From an uncultured bacterium (GTDB lineage: Bacteria; Krumholzibacteriota; Krumholzibacteriia; JACNKJ01), in contig CAVOFT010000001.1 in the NCBI GenBank assembly GCA_963695095.1, forward strand, positions 3,520,001 through 3,584,000: 64,000 nucleotides of DNA, written 5' to 3'. Positions 28,712 to 39,864 of the stretch are shown piece by piece. The position numbers were made by a program, and so were the translations under genes. The notes under the pieces are model-generated. The model did no database searches. It worked only from the letters and a program-made list of their open reading frames with translations, and was not told the origin of the DNA. Position 1 is the first letter of the stretch. Each line of letters starts with the position of its first letter.

Positions 28712-29215
28712 ATGCCCACGCGCCGCGACGCCTTGCTCTGGCCGCTCGCCCTCCTGGCCATCTTCGCAGGCGGCACGCTGCTCTTCGCGCTGCTGTGGAT
28801 GCCGATCTGGCTGCGTCCCTTCGGCTGGACCCTGCAGCGCACGGCCCTGGCCGGCCTGGTGCTCGCGCTGATTCCGCTCACCTATGGCCGGCGGCGGGCG
28901 GACGAGGCGGCGCGGCTGAGCAGGGCGAGCCGCTGCCTGCTGCGTCCCCCCGGCTGGCCGGCCCTGGCCGCGAGTAGCCTTGCCGCCACCCTGCTCGCCA
29001 CGGGCGCGCAGCTCCTGCTCATCCGCAGGAATCCGGATCTCTATCTGGCGCAGTACTGGCGGGAGGAGATCTGGGCGCTCTGGCTGCTCATGCTGCCGGC
29101 CAGCGCCCTGGGCCTGAGCGGACACGCGCTCTGGGTGCACCTGCGGGCGGATGGGTTGCGCGGCGCGCCGGAACAGCCCCCGGCCGAGGCGGCACCCGAG
29201 GAGCCGCCACGCTAG
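28712..29215 (+). CDS. Hypothetical membrane protein (4 TM)
   Basis: Four hydrophobic segments; host-like codon usage; fills the gap between genes. Confidence 0.6.
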   Translation: MPTRRDALLWPLALLAIFAGGTLLFALLWMPIWLRPFGWTLQRTALAGLVLALIPLTYGRRRADEAARLSRASRCLLRPPGWPALAASSLAATLLATGAQLLLIRRNPDLYLAQYWREEIWALWLLMLPASALGLSGHALWVHLRADGLRGAPEQPPAEAAPEEPPR

Positions 29216-29224
29216 CGGGGCCGG

Positions 29225-29932
29225 CTAGCCCAGGCCCAGCCAGTCGTCGACGAGGAAGATCACCCGGCCGATCAGGATCGACACGCGGCCCATGATCGTG
29301 TAGCCGAAGGCGGCGCCGAAGGACACCATCAGGAACCAGATGCCCACCCGCCCGACGCCGCCCACAACACCCTTGTGCTCGGCCGAGAAGAAGAAGTAGA
29401 CGAGCACGGCCAGCACCCCGACCACGAAGACGAGGCTGGAGATCCACTCGCCCGTGCTCACGGCCTGCGTTTGCGCCTCCACCCAGATCGGCAGTCGCTC
29501 CGGGATGAAGCGCCAGAAGCTGCGGATGGTGTCGGCCGACTGCGGCAGCACCTCGCCCTGCAGCTTCTGCATCATGTTCAGGCCCGTGTAGTAGCCCACG
29601 TAGACGGCCAGCGCGAAGCGGCTCACCCAGGCGATCTTGGGGATGTAGCGCGTGTAGAGGATGAGCGCGAGCAGGAAGGGCACGACGAGCAGCCACTGCT
29701 GCGTCGTGTGCACCGGGTAGCGCTCGGGGCTGTAGGCCGGTCCGGCGTGGAAGAGCGGCGCGATCAGGTTGGGCACGAAGGTGTTCTTGAAGGTCAGGTT
29801 GATGTAGTAGCCCATGCTGATGCCGGCGAAGGCGCTTTCCGCAAACCGGAAGAAGGGGTTGTCCTTGTAGAGGAAGCTCAAGATGAAGAGCGTGAAGAGC
29901 GCTCCGACCCAGACCCAGACTTCGGTGGACAT
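29225..29932 (-). CDS. Uncharacterised polytopic membrane protein (gene 4 of the DUF6754-type operon)
   Basis: GGAG RBS; SFLYKDNPFFRFAE..G..GY; YFFFS; GIWFLMVSFGAAFGYTIMGR. Confidence 0.8.
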   Translation of the reverse strand: MSTEVWVWVGALFTLFILSFLYKDNPFFRFAESAFAGISMGYYINLTFKNTFVPNLIAPLFHAGPAYSPERYPVHTTQQWLLVVPFLLALILYTRYIPKIAWVSRFALAVYVGYYTGLNMMQKLQGEVLPQSADTIRSFWRFIPERLPIWVEAQTQAVSTGEWISSLVFVVGVLAVLVYFFFSAEHKGVVGGVGRVGIWFLMVSFGAAFGYTIMGRVSILIGRVIFLVDDWLGLG

Positions 29933-29940
29933 AAGCTCCC

Positions 29941-30849
29941 CTACTGCCGACCGCGCTGACGCCGCTCCACGAGGAAGCCGACGTTGCCGATGATGATGAA
30001 GAGCGTGATGATCGAGTAGACGATGGACTGCACGTCCCAGCCCTTGCCGGCGTTGTAGACGTCGGCGGCGGTCGCCGTCGCGACCCGGGGGTGCTTCTGC
30101 TCGACCAGGTACTCGTACTCCGCGGCGCCCTTGAGCCCGGGCAGGAGCGCGAACATCTGCCCCGCCTTGTAGTAGGCGAAGTACTTGGGCGCGCTCACCG
30201 CCGTGCAGCCCACCGCCACGGGCGTGCCGTACTGGGCGTTGACCAGATTCGCCCACCACTCGCCGATGATGCCGGTGGCGAAGCTCATGACGAAGGCGAC
30301 GTCATCGTAGCCCTGCACCGTGTTGGACAGCTCGTACTCGGTGACCGACGCCTGGAAGTACTCCTGGGGGAACACCGCGTGGACGTTCTCGCCCATCTGC
30401 CGCATCGTGGCCTGGCCGCCGTCCTTGTAGCCCAGGTAGACGAAGTCCTTGCCGTAGAACTTGCCGGGGAAGGCCGTGCTCTCGAGCTTGCCCGTCGCCG
30501 GGTCGATGTCGCCCACCGCGCGCTGCAATTCCTCGAGCCCCTCGGTCACGCCGCCCAGCGGATAGAGCGCGATGCAGATCACCTTGATGTCCCGCGCCAT
30601 GCAGTGCCGGATGAAGGTGTCGGCCATCGGGTCGTTCTCGGGGCCCGTCGAGGGGCCGTAGTCGAAGGAGGCGAGCACGATCGAGCCCGCCGGCAGGCTC
30701 TCGACGCGATCGTAGAGGTCCTGCACGGACTGGGCGACATTCACCGGCAGGTTGAGCGGCGCCAGGATGGGAATCACCGCGGCGAGGCCGACGAGGAGGA
30801 AGAGCCAGCGCCGGTCGAGGTTCATCAAGCGCTGGAAGAGATCAGTCAC
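29941..30849 (-). CDS. Uncharacterised membrane-anchored alpha/beta protein (gene 3)
   Basis: N- and C-terminal TM; DYGPS..PE; YGKDFVYLGY; GCTAVSAP..YYKAGQ..L.GLKGAAEYE. Confidence 0.8.
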   Translation of the reverse strand: MTDLFQRLMNLDRRWLFLLVGLAAVIPILAPLNLPVNVAQSVQDLYDRVESLPAGSIVLASFDYGPSTGPENDPMADTFIRHCMARDIKVICIALYPLGGVTEGLEELQRAVGDIDPATGKLESTAFPGKFYGKDFVYLGYKDGGQATMRQMGENVHAVFPQEYFQASVTEYELSNTVQGYDDVAFVMSFATGIIGEWWANLVNAQYGTPVAVGCTAVSAPKYFAYYKAGQMFALLPGLKGAAEYEYLVEQKHPRVATATAADVYNAGKGWDVQSIVYSIITLFIIIGNVGFLVERRQRGRQ

Positions 30850-30850
30850 G

Positions 30851-31537
30851 CTACTCTCCCTTCTGCAGGCCGAGGTAGGAGCGCTCGATGCCGATCAGGA
30901 TGCGCAGGGCCATCGAGGCCGCGCCCAGCGCCGCCCCGATGATGATGCCGCGCTGCGCCGCCGCGTTGGGAATGTTCAGGGTCCACTGGGTGAGATCGGG
31001 CAGGAAGGGCAAGACGCGCACCACGTAGGGGTTGACGCCCAGCATGATGAGAAGCGCGGCCGCCAGCAGGATGCCCGCCTCCAGGTTGCGCACGCGGAAG
31101 GCGCGGAAGGCGGCCGAGGCCACGTAGAAGGCGAGCAGGCTGAACATCGTCGCCTGCAGCGGCTTGAAGCCGGCCTCGACGATCCAGTTGTAGGCGGCGT
31201 GCGCGTACCAGGCCGTGTTCTCCACGCGCGCGAAGGCGTCCCAGAGGCCGAAGACGGCGGTGACGATGAGCGCGGTCAGGAAGACCCCGGCGTAGGGCCA
31301 GCCCTGGCTGCGATTGGAGATCTTCTTGAGATTGACCTGGAACACGTTGACGACGCCGAGCAGGAGCGCGCCCGCGGCGAGGATCACCATCCACTGCTCG
31401 AAGGTGTCGCTGACCTGCACGACGCCGTTGCCGCCGGGATCGTCCCTGAGCACCGCCGGCGATCTGAAGAAGAAGGACAGGATCGGCAACATGCCGGCGA
31501 TGAAGGTGAGCAGGAGCGGGAGTCGCTTCTTGAACAT
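30851..31537 (-). CDS. Uncharacterised polytopic membrane protein (gene 2)
   Basis: PLQATMFSLLAFYVASAAFRAFR; PNAAAQRGIIIGAALG..LRILIGIE. Confidence 0.8.
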   Translation of the reverse strand: MFKKRLPLLLTFIAGMLPILSFFFRSPAVLRDDPGGNGVVQVSDTFEQWMVILAAGALLLGVVNVFQVNLKKISNRSQGWPYAGVFLTALIVTAVFGLWDAFARVENTAWYAHAAYNWIVEAGFKPLQATMFSLLAFYVASAAFRAFRVRNLEAGILLAAALLIMLGVNPYVVRVLPFLPDLTQWTLNIPNAAAQRGIIIGAALGAASMALRILIGIERSYLGLQKGE

Positions 31538-31547
31538 GCTGTCCTCT

Positions 31548-32423
31548 CTACTGCGGCATCAGCCAATCTTGCATCGCGAAGTTGCTCGTGAAGGTGACGA
31601 TCAGGATGCCGACGACGATCCACACGAGCAGGATCAACTTGACGAAGTCCTGGCCCTTGACGCTGCCCAGCATGATCGGCTCGCGCGAGAGATAGGCGCT
31701 GGCCGCGTAGAGCTCCTCACCGATCAGGGTGTAGTCGCAGGTGACGACGAAGAAGGGGATCTGGGCCACCTCGGCCGTGCCCGCGATCTGGATCGCGCCC
31801 GTCGACTGTCCGGCCTCGGCCAGCAGCAGGCTCTCGGCATAGAAGGAGCCGATCAGGAAGTTCGCCGCCGGCTTCTCGCGCACCATGATCCCCGACACCG
31901 CGGCGGTGTAGGCGAACTGGTCGTAGGTGACGTAGTGCACCATCTCGTCGCTGAAGAGATCCGGCCGGCCCGCCTCCAGGTAGGCCTCCTTCACCGTCTC
32001 GCGGGCGGCGGCGTAGGTGAGCGGGTCCTTGTTGGGCACGTCCAGGGGCGTGCCGTACTCGGCCGTGTGCTTGGCGACGTGCTTGAGCACGGCGAGCGAG
32101 GCCAGGGTCTGCACCTCGTCGATGGACATGATGCCCGGCACGTAGAGCACCTTGCGCCCCAGCTCGGTGGCGCGGCCGATGGCCTCCTCGACCGCGTTGA
32201 GACCGGCGATGCGGCGCACGTAGAGCGAGTGGCCCGTCCGCGCCATGTGAATGCTGACCAGGATCACGATCGTGAAGACGGCGAACAGGACGAGCGCGGC
32301 GAGATTCTCCATCCGGAGGCCCCAGCCCCCGCCGGGCTCCTGGGCCGCTGCCGGCCCCGCGCGCAGGACGAGCAGCAAGAGGGCGGCGCCCAGCGGCGCC
32401 AGACGGCTGCGGTGTCTGTCCAT
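31548..32423 (-). CDS. DUF6754-like membrane protein (gene 1)
   Basis: RRIAGLNAVEEAIGRATELG; QFAY..G...RE; AESLLLAE; QIAGT; CDYTLIGEELYAASAYLS. Confidence 0.8.
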   Translation of the reverse strand: MDRHRSRLAPLGAALLLLVLRAGPAAAQEPGGGWGLRMENLAALVLFAVFTIVILVSIHMARTGHSLYVRRIAGLNAVEEAIGRATELGRKVLYVPGIMSIDEVQTLASLAVLKHVAKHTAEYGTPLDVPNKDPLTYAAARETVKEAYLEAGRPDLFSDEMVHYVTYDQFAYTAAVSGIMVREKPAANFLIGSFYAESLLLAEAGQSTGAIQIAGTAEVAQIPFFVVTCDYTLIGEELYAASAYLSREPIMLGSVKGQDFVKLILLVWIVVGILIVTFTSNFAMQDWLMPQ

Positions 32424-32555
32424 GGAACTCCCTCGAGGTGGCGGGGACCGTGAACGATGGGCGGCGCGATGGCGCTGCCGCCGAATCCTAGCCGCGCGGC
32501 AGTGCCCGGGGCAAGGGAAACCAGGCCCCAAGGCCGGGAATCGCCGAGGTGTTGC

Positions 32556-33647
32556 TTAGTCCATGGCCGCCGGCAGCGCCTCGGCGAAGACGGCCAGTTC
32601 CGCAGGCGTGCCCACGCTGACGCGGAAGAGATCGGGAAAGCCGAAGGCCGCCAGCGGTCGCACCACGACGCCGCGCTCGAGCAGCCGGCGGCAGAGGCGC
32701 GCACAGCGCTCGGCATCCCCGACCGCCACGGCCAGGAAGTTCGTGTGGCTGGGCAGCGCCTCGAGACCTGCGGCGGCGAGCGTCGCCCGCAGCGTCTCGA
32801 GGCCGGCCGCCGTCCCCTGCACCGTGCGGCGGAGGAAGTCCTCGTCTTCGAGTGCGGCCAGTCCCGCCACCTGGGCGAGATGGCTGGGCTCGAAGGGCAG
32901 CTTGACCTTGAGCAGGTTGCCCACCAGCTCGTCGTGGGCGAAGCCGTAGCCGATGCGCAGGCCGGCGAGGCCGTAGGCCTTCGAGAAGGTGCGCAGGGTG
33001 ATCACGTTGTCGTAGCGATAGGTCATCGAGTCCGGGAAGGAGGGCTCGGCGGCCGTGAACTCGAAGTAGGCCTCGTCATAGATGACCAGGCAGCGATCCG
33101 GCACCTTGGCCATGAAGGCGTCGAACTCGGCGCGGGTGAAGATGGTCCCCGTCGGATTGTCCGGGTTGGCCAGGTAGATGATCTTCGTGTACTCGCTCAC
33201 CCGCTCGCCCATGGCCGCCAGGTCGTAGCGGTGATCCGGCCGCCGCGGCACCAGGGTCAGCTTGTTGCCGCTCGCGCGGGCCAGCACCATGAAGCCGATG
33301 AAGGTGTTCTCGGCGGTGAGGATCTCGTCCTCGTCGCAGAGGAAGGTGCGCATCACGGTGGCCATGATGCCCTCGCTGCCGCTGCCCACGGCCACGTTCT
33401 CGAGTCGAACGGAGAAGCGGGCGGCCAGGGCCTCGCGCAGGGCGCGGGCCGTCATGTCCGGGTAGCGGTGCAGTTCCCCGACCGCGTCGGCGATGGCCGC
33501 CAGCGCCTTGGGCGAGGGCCCCCAGGGGTTCTCGTTGCTGGCCAGCTTGACGATGCGCTCCAGGCCCAGCTCCCGCCGCACCTCGGCGATGGGCTTTCCG
33601 GGCGAGTAGGGCTCGAGCTCCTTGATGGACTGGGGCACCAGCGGCAT
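32556..33647 (-). CDS. hisC: Histidinol-phosphate aminotransferase
   Basis: YSPGKP, KLASNENP, NPDNPTG, DEAY and RTFSKAYGLAGLRIGY. Confidence 0.93.
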   Translation of the reverse strand: MPLVPQSIKELEPYSPGKPIAEVRRELGLERIVKLASNENPWGPSPKALAAIADAVGELHRYPDMTARALREALAARFSVRLENVAVGSGSEGIMATVMRTFLCDEDEILTAENTFIGFMVLARASGNKLTLVPRRPDHRYDLAAMGERVSEYTKIIYLANPDNPTGTIFTRAEFDAFMAKVPDRCLVIYDEAYFEFTAAEPSFPDSMTYRYDNVITLRTFSKAYGLAGLRIGYGFAHDELVGNLLKVKLPFEPSHLAQVAGLAALEDEDFLRRTVQGTAAGLETLRATLAAAGLEALPSHTNFLAVAVGDAERCARLCRRLLERGVVVRPLAAFGFPDLFRVSVGTPAELAVFAEALPAAMD

Positions 33648-33814
33648 GGGTGGTCTCCGGGGCGGGGGACAGGCCCGGCGGGCGTCGCCGCGGACCGCCG
33701 GCAGCTTAGCCGCTGCCCGTTCGAGCGGCAAGCCCGGTGGCTACATCGGGGTTTCGCGTCTACACTTGACCTGAGGGCCCCCCGGCCCGCTACCCCAGAC
33801 AGGCGAGGGATGGC

Positions 33815-34261
33815 ATGCACGCGGAGAAACTACGTTTCGCCGAACTGTGGAGAGAGGCGGCGGTGTGGGGTTCGGTGATCCAGATCCGCGGCGAGAGCGT
33901 GCTCTTCAAGCCCCGGACCGCCACCCAGGCCCTGTGGCTCTTCCTGGACGGCAGCGGCCCACCGCCGGCCGTGGGAGAGACGCAACTCGTTATCAATCCA
34001 GCAGTTTTCGAATGCAAGCGGATAATCCCCCGCCACGGCGATGCGGTGAAGGTGCCCTGCCTGGACCTGCACAAGGACGAGCTGGAGCGCGCCCGCGGCC
34101 GTTTCACCCGCCTGGCCGAGGGCGAACAGACCTTCGTGCTGGACGTCGGCTTCCCGCTCGTCGTCAGCGTGCTTCAGGATTGCCAGGAGCTTCGCCGCGC
34201 CCGCCCGGGCGAAATCCTGGAAATGGACTTCGCCCCTCCGGCCCAGGGCCACCGACTCTGA
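33815..34261 (+). CDS. Hypothetical protein
   Basis: 148-aa ORF divergent from hisC, GC3-biased codons, no recognised motif. Confidence 0.55.
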   Translation: MHAEKLRFAELWREAAVWGSVIQIRGESVLFKPRTATQALWLFLDGSGPPPAVGETQLVINPAVFECKRIIPRHGDAVKVPCLDLHKDELERARGRFTRLAEGEQTFVLDVGFPLVVSVLQDCQELRRARPGEILEMDFAPPAQGHRL

Positions 34262-34456
34262 GCGATCCCCCCCGCGGGCGATGGATTCCCGGCGGGGCGG
34301 GCGCTGTGGAGTTGCTGCGCGCGAAATCCTGTACATGCTTGACATTTAAGCAGTTGTCTAGTTTCCATTGGCTTCCGGGACCTGGGCGTGCTATTCTTTC
34401 TCCACGCCTGTCACTCCGCTCGTCTCCGGCCACTCCCTGCTTGGAGGTTCTCTCTC

Positions 34457-36058
34457 ATGCTTAGTCTTTCGCGTCTGACGAAGACCGGCCTGCTGCTCGG
34501 CCTTCTGCTCGCGGCAGCAGCGCCCAGCCTCGCGGCCAGCGAGACCCCCTACCTCGATCAGAGTGCCTCCGCCATGATCGAAAACGCCGTTGCCCAGGTG
34601 GTCTTCAACGACCTCCGCAGCCTCATCGGCGAGGACGCGGCGATCGCCTGCATCGAGGCCGCCGACCGCAGCTACTGCCTGGCGCCCGACACCCCGCCGG
34701 AGGTGGCCGAGGAACTGCTGCGCAAGCTGCCCACCTGGATCGATTCCGACGGCGGCCGCTACATCCGCCAGGACCGCTGGAGCAGCACGGCCAGCGGCTA
34801 CTCGGGGATCCTGGGCGACCCGATCATTCTCAGCTACAGCTTCGTGCCCGACGGCACCTGGATTCCCGGTGAAAGCCAGGGCAGCACCCTGTTCTCGACC
34901 TTCGACGCCCAGTTCGGCGACACCGAAACCTGGAAGCAGAAGTTCCGCGATTCCTTCGCCCGCTGGGCCACCTTCATCGGCGTCACCTACGTCGAAGAGC
35001 CCACTGACGACGGCGCCGCCTTCCCGAACAGCATCGGCATCCTGGGTGTGCGCGGCGACACGCGCGTCGCGGCGGCTAACATCGATGGCGGCAGCAACGT
35101 GCTCGCCTACACCTGGTACCCGGGCTCCGGTGGCGACATGGTCTTCGACACCAGCGAGTACTGGGCGAGCCCGACGAACAACTACCGCTTCGTCCGCAAC
35201 GTCGTCATGCACGAGCACGGCCACTGCCTGGGTCTCGGTCACTGCGTGGCCAGCAACCATCAGTTGATGGAGGCCTACCTCGACCTGAGCATCGACGGCC
35301 CCCAGGACGACGACATCCGCGGCGGCATGCGCAACTACGGCGACTACCTGGAGAAGAACAGCCTCGTCGCCGAGGCCACCGACTGGGGCCTCGTGCCCGC
35401 GGGCGCCTTCGCGCAGGAGAACGTCTCCCTGACCGCCTCCAACGACAACGACTACTTCAAGTTCACCATCGATAGCCCGCGGCTGCTGGACGTGACCCTC
35501 TCGCCCATCGGCTCCTACTACGTGCTCGAGGGCGTGGACATCAACACCGACCAGATCATGGACCTGGGCTTCGAGCTGCGCAGCGGTGACGGCTCGACGA
35601 TCCTCACCACCATCAATGACGGGGGCATGGGCGCCGCCGAGACGCTCGTCGACTACAGCTTGACGCCGGGCGACTACTGGCTGCGCGTGCGCCGCTTCGT
35701 GGGCAACGACACGCAGCGCTATCGCCTCGGTGTCAACCTGGAGGCCGTGGCGACGGCCGTCGGCGAGGCCGGCGTGCCGGCTCAGGGCCTGGCGCTGAGC
35801 GTCTACCCCACGCCCTTCAACCCGAAGACGACGGCGCGCTTCTTCGTGCGCGAGGCAGGCAGCGTCAGCCTCGAGATCTTCAACGTGCAGGGTCGCCGGA
35901 TCCAGGCCTTCGCGATGGAGGCGGCCGGCGGCGAGTGGTTGCAGGTGACCTGGAACGGCCGGGACGAGGCCGGAACCCCGGCGCCCAGCGGCCTCTACTT
36001 CCTGCGCGCGGCGAGCGGCAGCGAGAGCGAGACCGTTCGCGCCCTGCTTCTCAAGTAA
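34457..36058 (+). CDS. Secreted matrixin (M10-like metzincin) protease + PPC-like domain + FlgD-Ig C-terminal domain
   Basis: Signal peptide; HEHGHCLGLGH with QLME Met-turn; DNDYFKF; YPTPFNP..GLYFLR. Confidence 0.88.
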   Translation: MLSLSRLTKTGLLLGLLLAAAAPSLAASETPYLDQSASAMIENAVAQVVFNDLRSLIGEDAAIACIEAADRSYCLAPDTPPEVAEELLRKLPTWIDSDGGRYIRQDRWSSTASGYSGILGDPIILSYSFVPDGTWIPGESQGSTLFSTFDAQFGDTETWKQKFRDSFARWATFIGVTYVEEPTDDGAAFPNSIGILGVRGDTRVAAANIDGGSNVLAYTWYPGSGGDMVFDTSEYWASPTNNYRFVRNVVMHEHGHCLGLGHCVASNHQLMEAYLDLSIDGPQDDDIRGGMRNYGDYLEKNSLVAEATDWGLVPAGAFAQENVSLTASNDNDYFKFTIDSPRLLDVTLSPIGSYYVLEGVDINTDQIMDLGFELRSGDGSTILTTINDGGMGAAETLVDYSLTPGDYWLRVRRFVGNDTQRYRLGVNLEAVATAVGEAGVPAQGLALSVYPTPFNPKTTARFFVREAGSVSLEIFNVQGRRIQAFAMEAAGGEWLQVTWNGRDEAGTPAPSGLYFLRAASGSESETVRALLLK

Positions 36059-36085
36059 GGCCTTTGCTTCATCGCGCTCCTCCCC

Positions 36086-36116
36086 AGCGGGGGCCTCGCT
36101 CGAGGCCCCCGCTTTT
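36086..36116 (+). terminator. Rho-independent terminator
   Basis: AGCGGGGGCCTC-GCTC-GAGGCCCCCGCT followed by TTT. Confidence 0.8.
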
Positions 36117-36160
36117 CATCTTCATGCCACCAGCCGTCTCTCGGGTAGCCCGTCGGGGCT

Positions 36161-36188
36161 CTTCATGGGATCTTTACGCGGTCTTGTT
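36161..36188 (+). promoter_or_regulatory. Pho-box-like 11-bp direct repeats upstream of phoB
   Basis: CTTCAT (36161), CTTTAC (36172), CTTGTT (36183). Confidence 0.6.
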
Positions 36189-36236
36189 GGATCTGGCATA
36201 CCTTTGAGCGCCGAACTCCTGACCGGGAGGACGCCC

Positions 36237-36935
36237 ATGTCCAAGCCCAAGGTTCTCGTTGTCGAAGACGAAGCCGACATCCTCGAGATCATCGCCTACA
36301 ATCTGAGCCGTGAGGGTTATCGGGTCCTCAGCAGCCGGGACGGCGAGGAGGCGCTGGACCTCGCCCGCAGCGAGGAGCCCGATCTCATCCTCCTCGATCT
36401 GATGTTGCCCGGCATGGACGGCATCGAGGTCTGCCGCCAGCTCAAGGACGAGCCGCGCGGCGCCGATCTACCCATCATCATGGTCACCGCCAAGGGCGAG
36501 GAGAGCGACGTGGTGCTCGGACTCGGCGTGGGCGCCGACGACTACATCGTCAAGCCCTTCAGCCCGCGCGAGCTGGTGGCCCGCGTCAAAGCCGTGCTTC
36601 GCCGCGGGCCGCTCAAGGAGAAGCCGGGCGCGGCGGGCGAGCGGATCGAGCGCGAGGGAGTGGCCATCGATGCCGGCAAGTTCCAGGTGCGCGTGGACGG
36701 GGAGGCGGTGCCCATCACGGCCACCGAGTTCCGTCTGCTCCACTACCTGGCGCGCCATCCGGGGCGGGTCTTCACCCGCAACCAGTTGCTCGCGCGCGTG
36801 ATCGGCGATGATGCGATCGTGATCGACCGCAACATCGACGTGCACGTGCGCTCCCTGCGCAAGAAGCTGGGACCCCACCACGAGCTGATCGAGACGCAAC
36901 GCGGCGTGGGCTACCGCTTCAAGGACAGCGACTGA
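36237..36935 (+). CDS. phoB: PhoB/PhoP-type response regulator
   Basis: VVEDE, LLDLMLP, KPF; winged helix RNIDVHV..RGVGY; precedes phoR and pst genes. Confidence 0.88.
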   Translation: MSKPKVLVVEDEADILEIIAYNLSREGYRVLSSRDGEEALDLARSEEPDLILLDLMLPGMDGIEVCRQLKDEPRGADLPIIMVTAKGEESDVVLGLGVGADDYIVKPFSPRELVARVKAVLRRGPLKEKPGAAGERIEREGVAIDAGKFQVRVDGEAVPITATEFRLLHYLARHPGRVFTRNQLLARVIGDDAIVIDRNIDVHVRSLRKKLGPHHELIETQRGVGYRFKDSD

Positions 36936-36939
36936 GGGC

Positions 36940-38718
36940 ATGCACCGCCGCACCTTTCTCTGGCAGCTCTACCTGGCCTTCAGTCTGGTGATCTTCCTGG
37001 CAACGGCGAGCATCCAGATCTTCAGCGCGCGCCGCATCGAGGCCAACGGCCGCACCGCCCTCGAAGAATCCCTGCGCGCCCGCGCCTTGCTCCTGGCCGA
37101 CCTCGCGCGGCCCGGTCTGGCCGGCGAGTCCGTGGACAGCCTGCAGGCGGCCCTCGTCCGCCTGGGCCGGGAAACCGAAACGCGCTTCACCGTGATCGCG
37201 CCCGACGGCCGCGTTCTTGCGGAGAGCCACGAGGATCCCGAGCGCATGGACAACCATGCCGGCCGCCCCGAGCTGCTGGACGCCCGCCAACGCGGCAGCG
37301 GCCAGGCCTCCCGCCGGAGCGACACCCTCGGCAGCGAGATGCTCTACTACGCCCTCGCCGTGCGGGATGCGGGCGGCAGTCTCGTCGGCTATGCCCGGGC
37401 CGGCATGCCCGTGGCGGCCGTCGACGCCCACCTCGCCCAGCTCCGCCGCGGCGTGCGCCTGGGCGCCGCGATCGCGGGGCTCGCCGCGCTGCTGCTCGGT
37501 TGGGCCATCGTCCACTACCTGACGCAGCCGCTGAACGAGATCCGCGGCGCCCTGCAGGCCTTCAGCGCGGGGGATTTCTCGCGCCGCCTGCATCTGCGCG
37601 GGGGCGGCGAGTTCGGCGAGCTGGCCCGCGTGCTCAACGGCATGGCCCGCGAGCTCCAGCTGCGCATCGAGCGCATCAGCGAGGAGCGCAACCGGCTGGA
37701 GGCCATCCTCGCCGGCATGGTCGAGGGCGTGATCGCCGTGGATCGCCAGGAGCGCATCCTCCACCTCAACCAGGGCGCCGCCCGCCTCCTCGAGGTGGAG
37801 CGCGCCAGCTCGATCGGCCGCCCGGCCTGGGAGGTGGCGCGGGTGCCGGCGGTGAGCGAGGCCCTGGCCCGCTGCCTCCAAGAGCAGCGCGAAGTGGAGA
37901 TGGAGATCCGCCGCACCGGCGAGGACGGCAAGGAGCGCATCATCGAACTCTACGGGTCGCCGCTGGCGGGCGACGGCAGCCCCGGCGGAGCCGTGCTCGT
38001 TCTGCATGAGGTAACCGAGCTGCGCCGGCTCGAGCACATTCGGCGCGATTTCGTGGCCAACGTCTCCCACGAGCTGAAGACTCCGCTTACCGTGATCCGG
38101 GGCATCGTCGAGACGATGCAGGACGACCCGGCAATGACCGAGGAAACTCGCAGGCGCTTCCTCGCCAAGATGAAGAGCCAGTCCGACTACCTCTCGGCCC
38201 AGGTGAGCGATCTGCTCGCCCTGTCCCGCCTCGAAGGCCCCCGGGATCTGCTCGAGCGGGCGCCGCTGGACCTGGCCGCCCTGGCGCGCGAGATGGCCGC
38301 GGGGCGAGCGCCGGTGGCTGAGGGCCGCGGCATTGCCCTGGCGCTCGAGCTGCCGCCGGCGGGCCTGGTCGTGAGCGGCGACCGGCGCGCGCTGGAACAG
38401 GCCCTGGGCAATCTGCTCGACAACGCCCTCCAGTACACGCCGGCTGGCGGCCGCGTCAGCCTGCGCATTGCCGCTCGCGAAGACCGCGTGCTCTGCGAGG
38501 TGGCGGACTCGGGCATCGGCATCGCGCCCGAGCACCAGGAGCGCATCTTCGAGCGCTTCTACCGGGTGGACAAGGCGCGCTCCCGCGAGCAGGGCGGCAC
38601 CGGCCTCGGCCTGGCCATCGTCAAGCACGTGGCCCTGGCCCACGGGGGCGGCATCACGCTGAGGAGCACACCCGGTCAGGGCAGCGTCTTCACGCTGTCC
38701 TTGCCCCGCAGCGCCTGA
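36940..38718 (+). CDS. phoR: Phosphate-regulon sensor histidine kinase (HAMP-PAS-HisKA-HATPase)
   Basis: [52 protein letters not shown]. Confidence 0.9.
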   Translation: MHRRTFLWQLYLAFSLVIFLATASIQIFSARRIEANGRTALEESLRARALLLADLARPGLAGESVDSLQAALVRLGRETETRFTVIAPDGRVLAESHEDPERMDNHAGRPELLDARQRGSGQASRRSDTLGSEMLYYALAVRDAGGSLVGYARAGMPVAAVDAHLAQLRRGVRLGAAIAGLAALLLGWAIVHYLTQPLNEIRGALQAFSAGDFSRRLHLRGGGEFGELARVLNGMARELQLRIERISEERNRLEAILAGMVEGVIAVDRQERILHLNQGAARLLEVERASSIGRPAWEVARVPAVSEALARCLQEQREVEMEIRRTGEDGKERIIELYGSPLAGDGSPGGAVLVLHEVTELRRLEHIRRDFVANVSHELKTPLTVIRGIVETMQDDPAMTEETRRRFLAKMKSQSDYLSAQVSDLLALSRLEGPRDLLERAPLDLAALAREMAAGRAPVAEGRGIALALELPPAGLVVSGDRRALEQALGNLLDNALQYTPAGGRVSLRIAAREDRVLCEVADSGIGIAPEHQERIFERFYRVDKARSREQGGTGLGLAIVKHVALAHGGGITLRSTPGQGSVFTLSLPRSA

Positions 38719-38750
38719 AGCGGCCCGCAAATCGGAGCGGGGTCCCGCAA

Positions 38751-38778
38751 ATTCACCCGTCCTTCATCCCGGCTTTAC
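38751..38778 (+). promoter_or_regulatory. Pho-box-like 11-bp direct repeats upstream of pstS
   Basis: ATTCAC (38751), CTTCAT (38762), CTTTAC (38773). Confidence 0.7.
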
Positions 38779-38856
38779 AGAGCCGGCGCACATTGGCTCA
38801 GCGCGACGCGCGCGCCCCCGCGGCGCCTCTCCTCCCCTCCGACCAGGAGAACGATC

Positions 38857-39862
<1,006 letters not shown>

Positions 39863-39864
39863 CC

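Noticed and set aside
25904..29140. 1078-aa minus-strand ORF and other long Arg/Ala/Gly-rich overlapping ORFs (e.g. 43999..46371, 26383..28701, 5688..7262)
   Set aside because: Shadow frames of real genes in high-GC DNA, with no recognisable motifs
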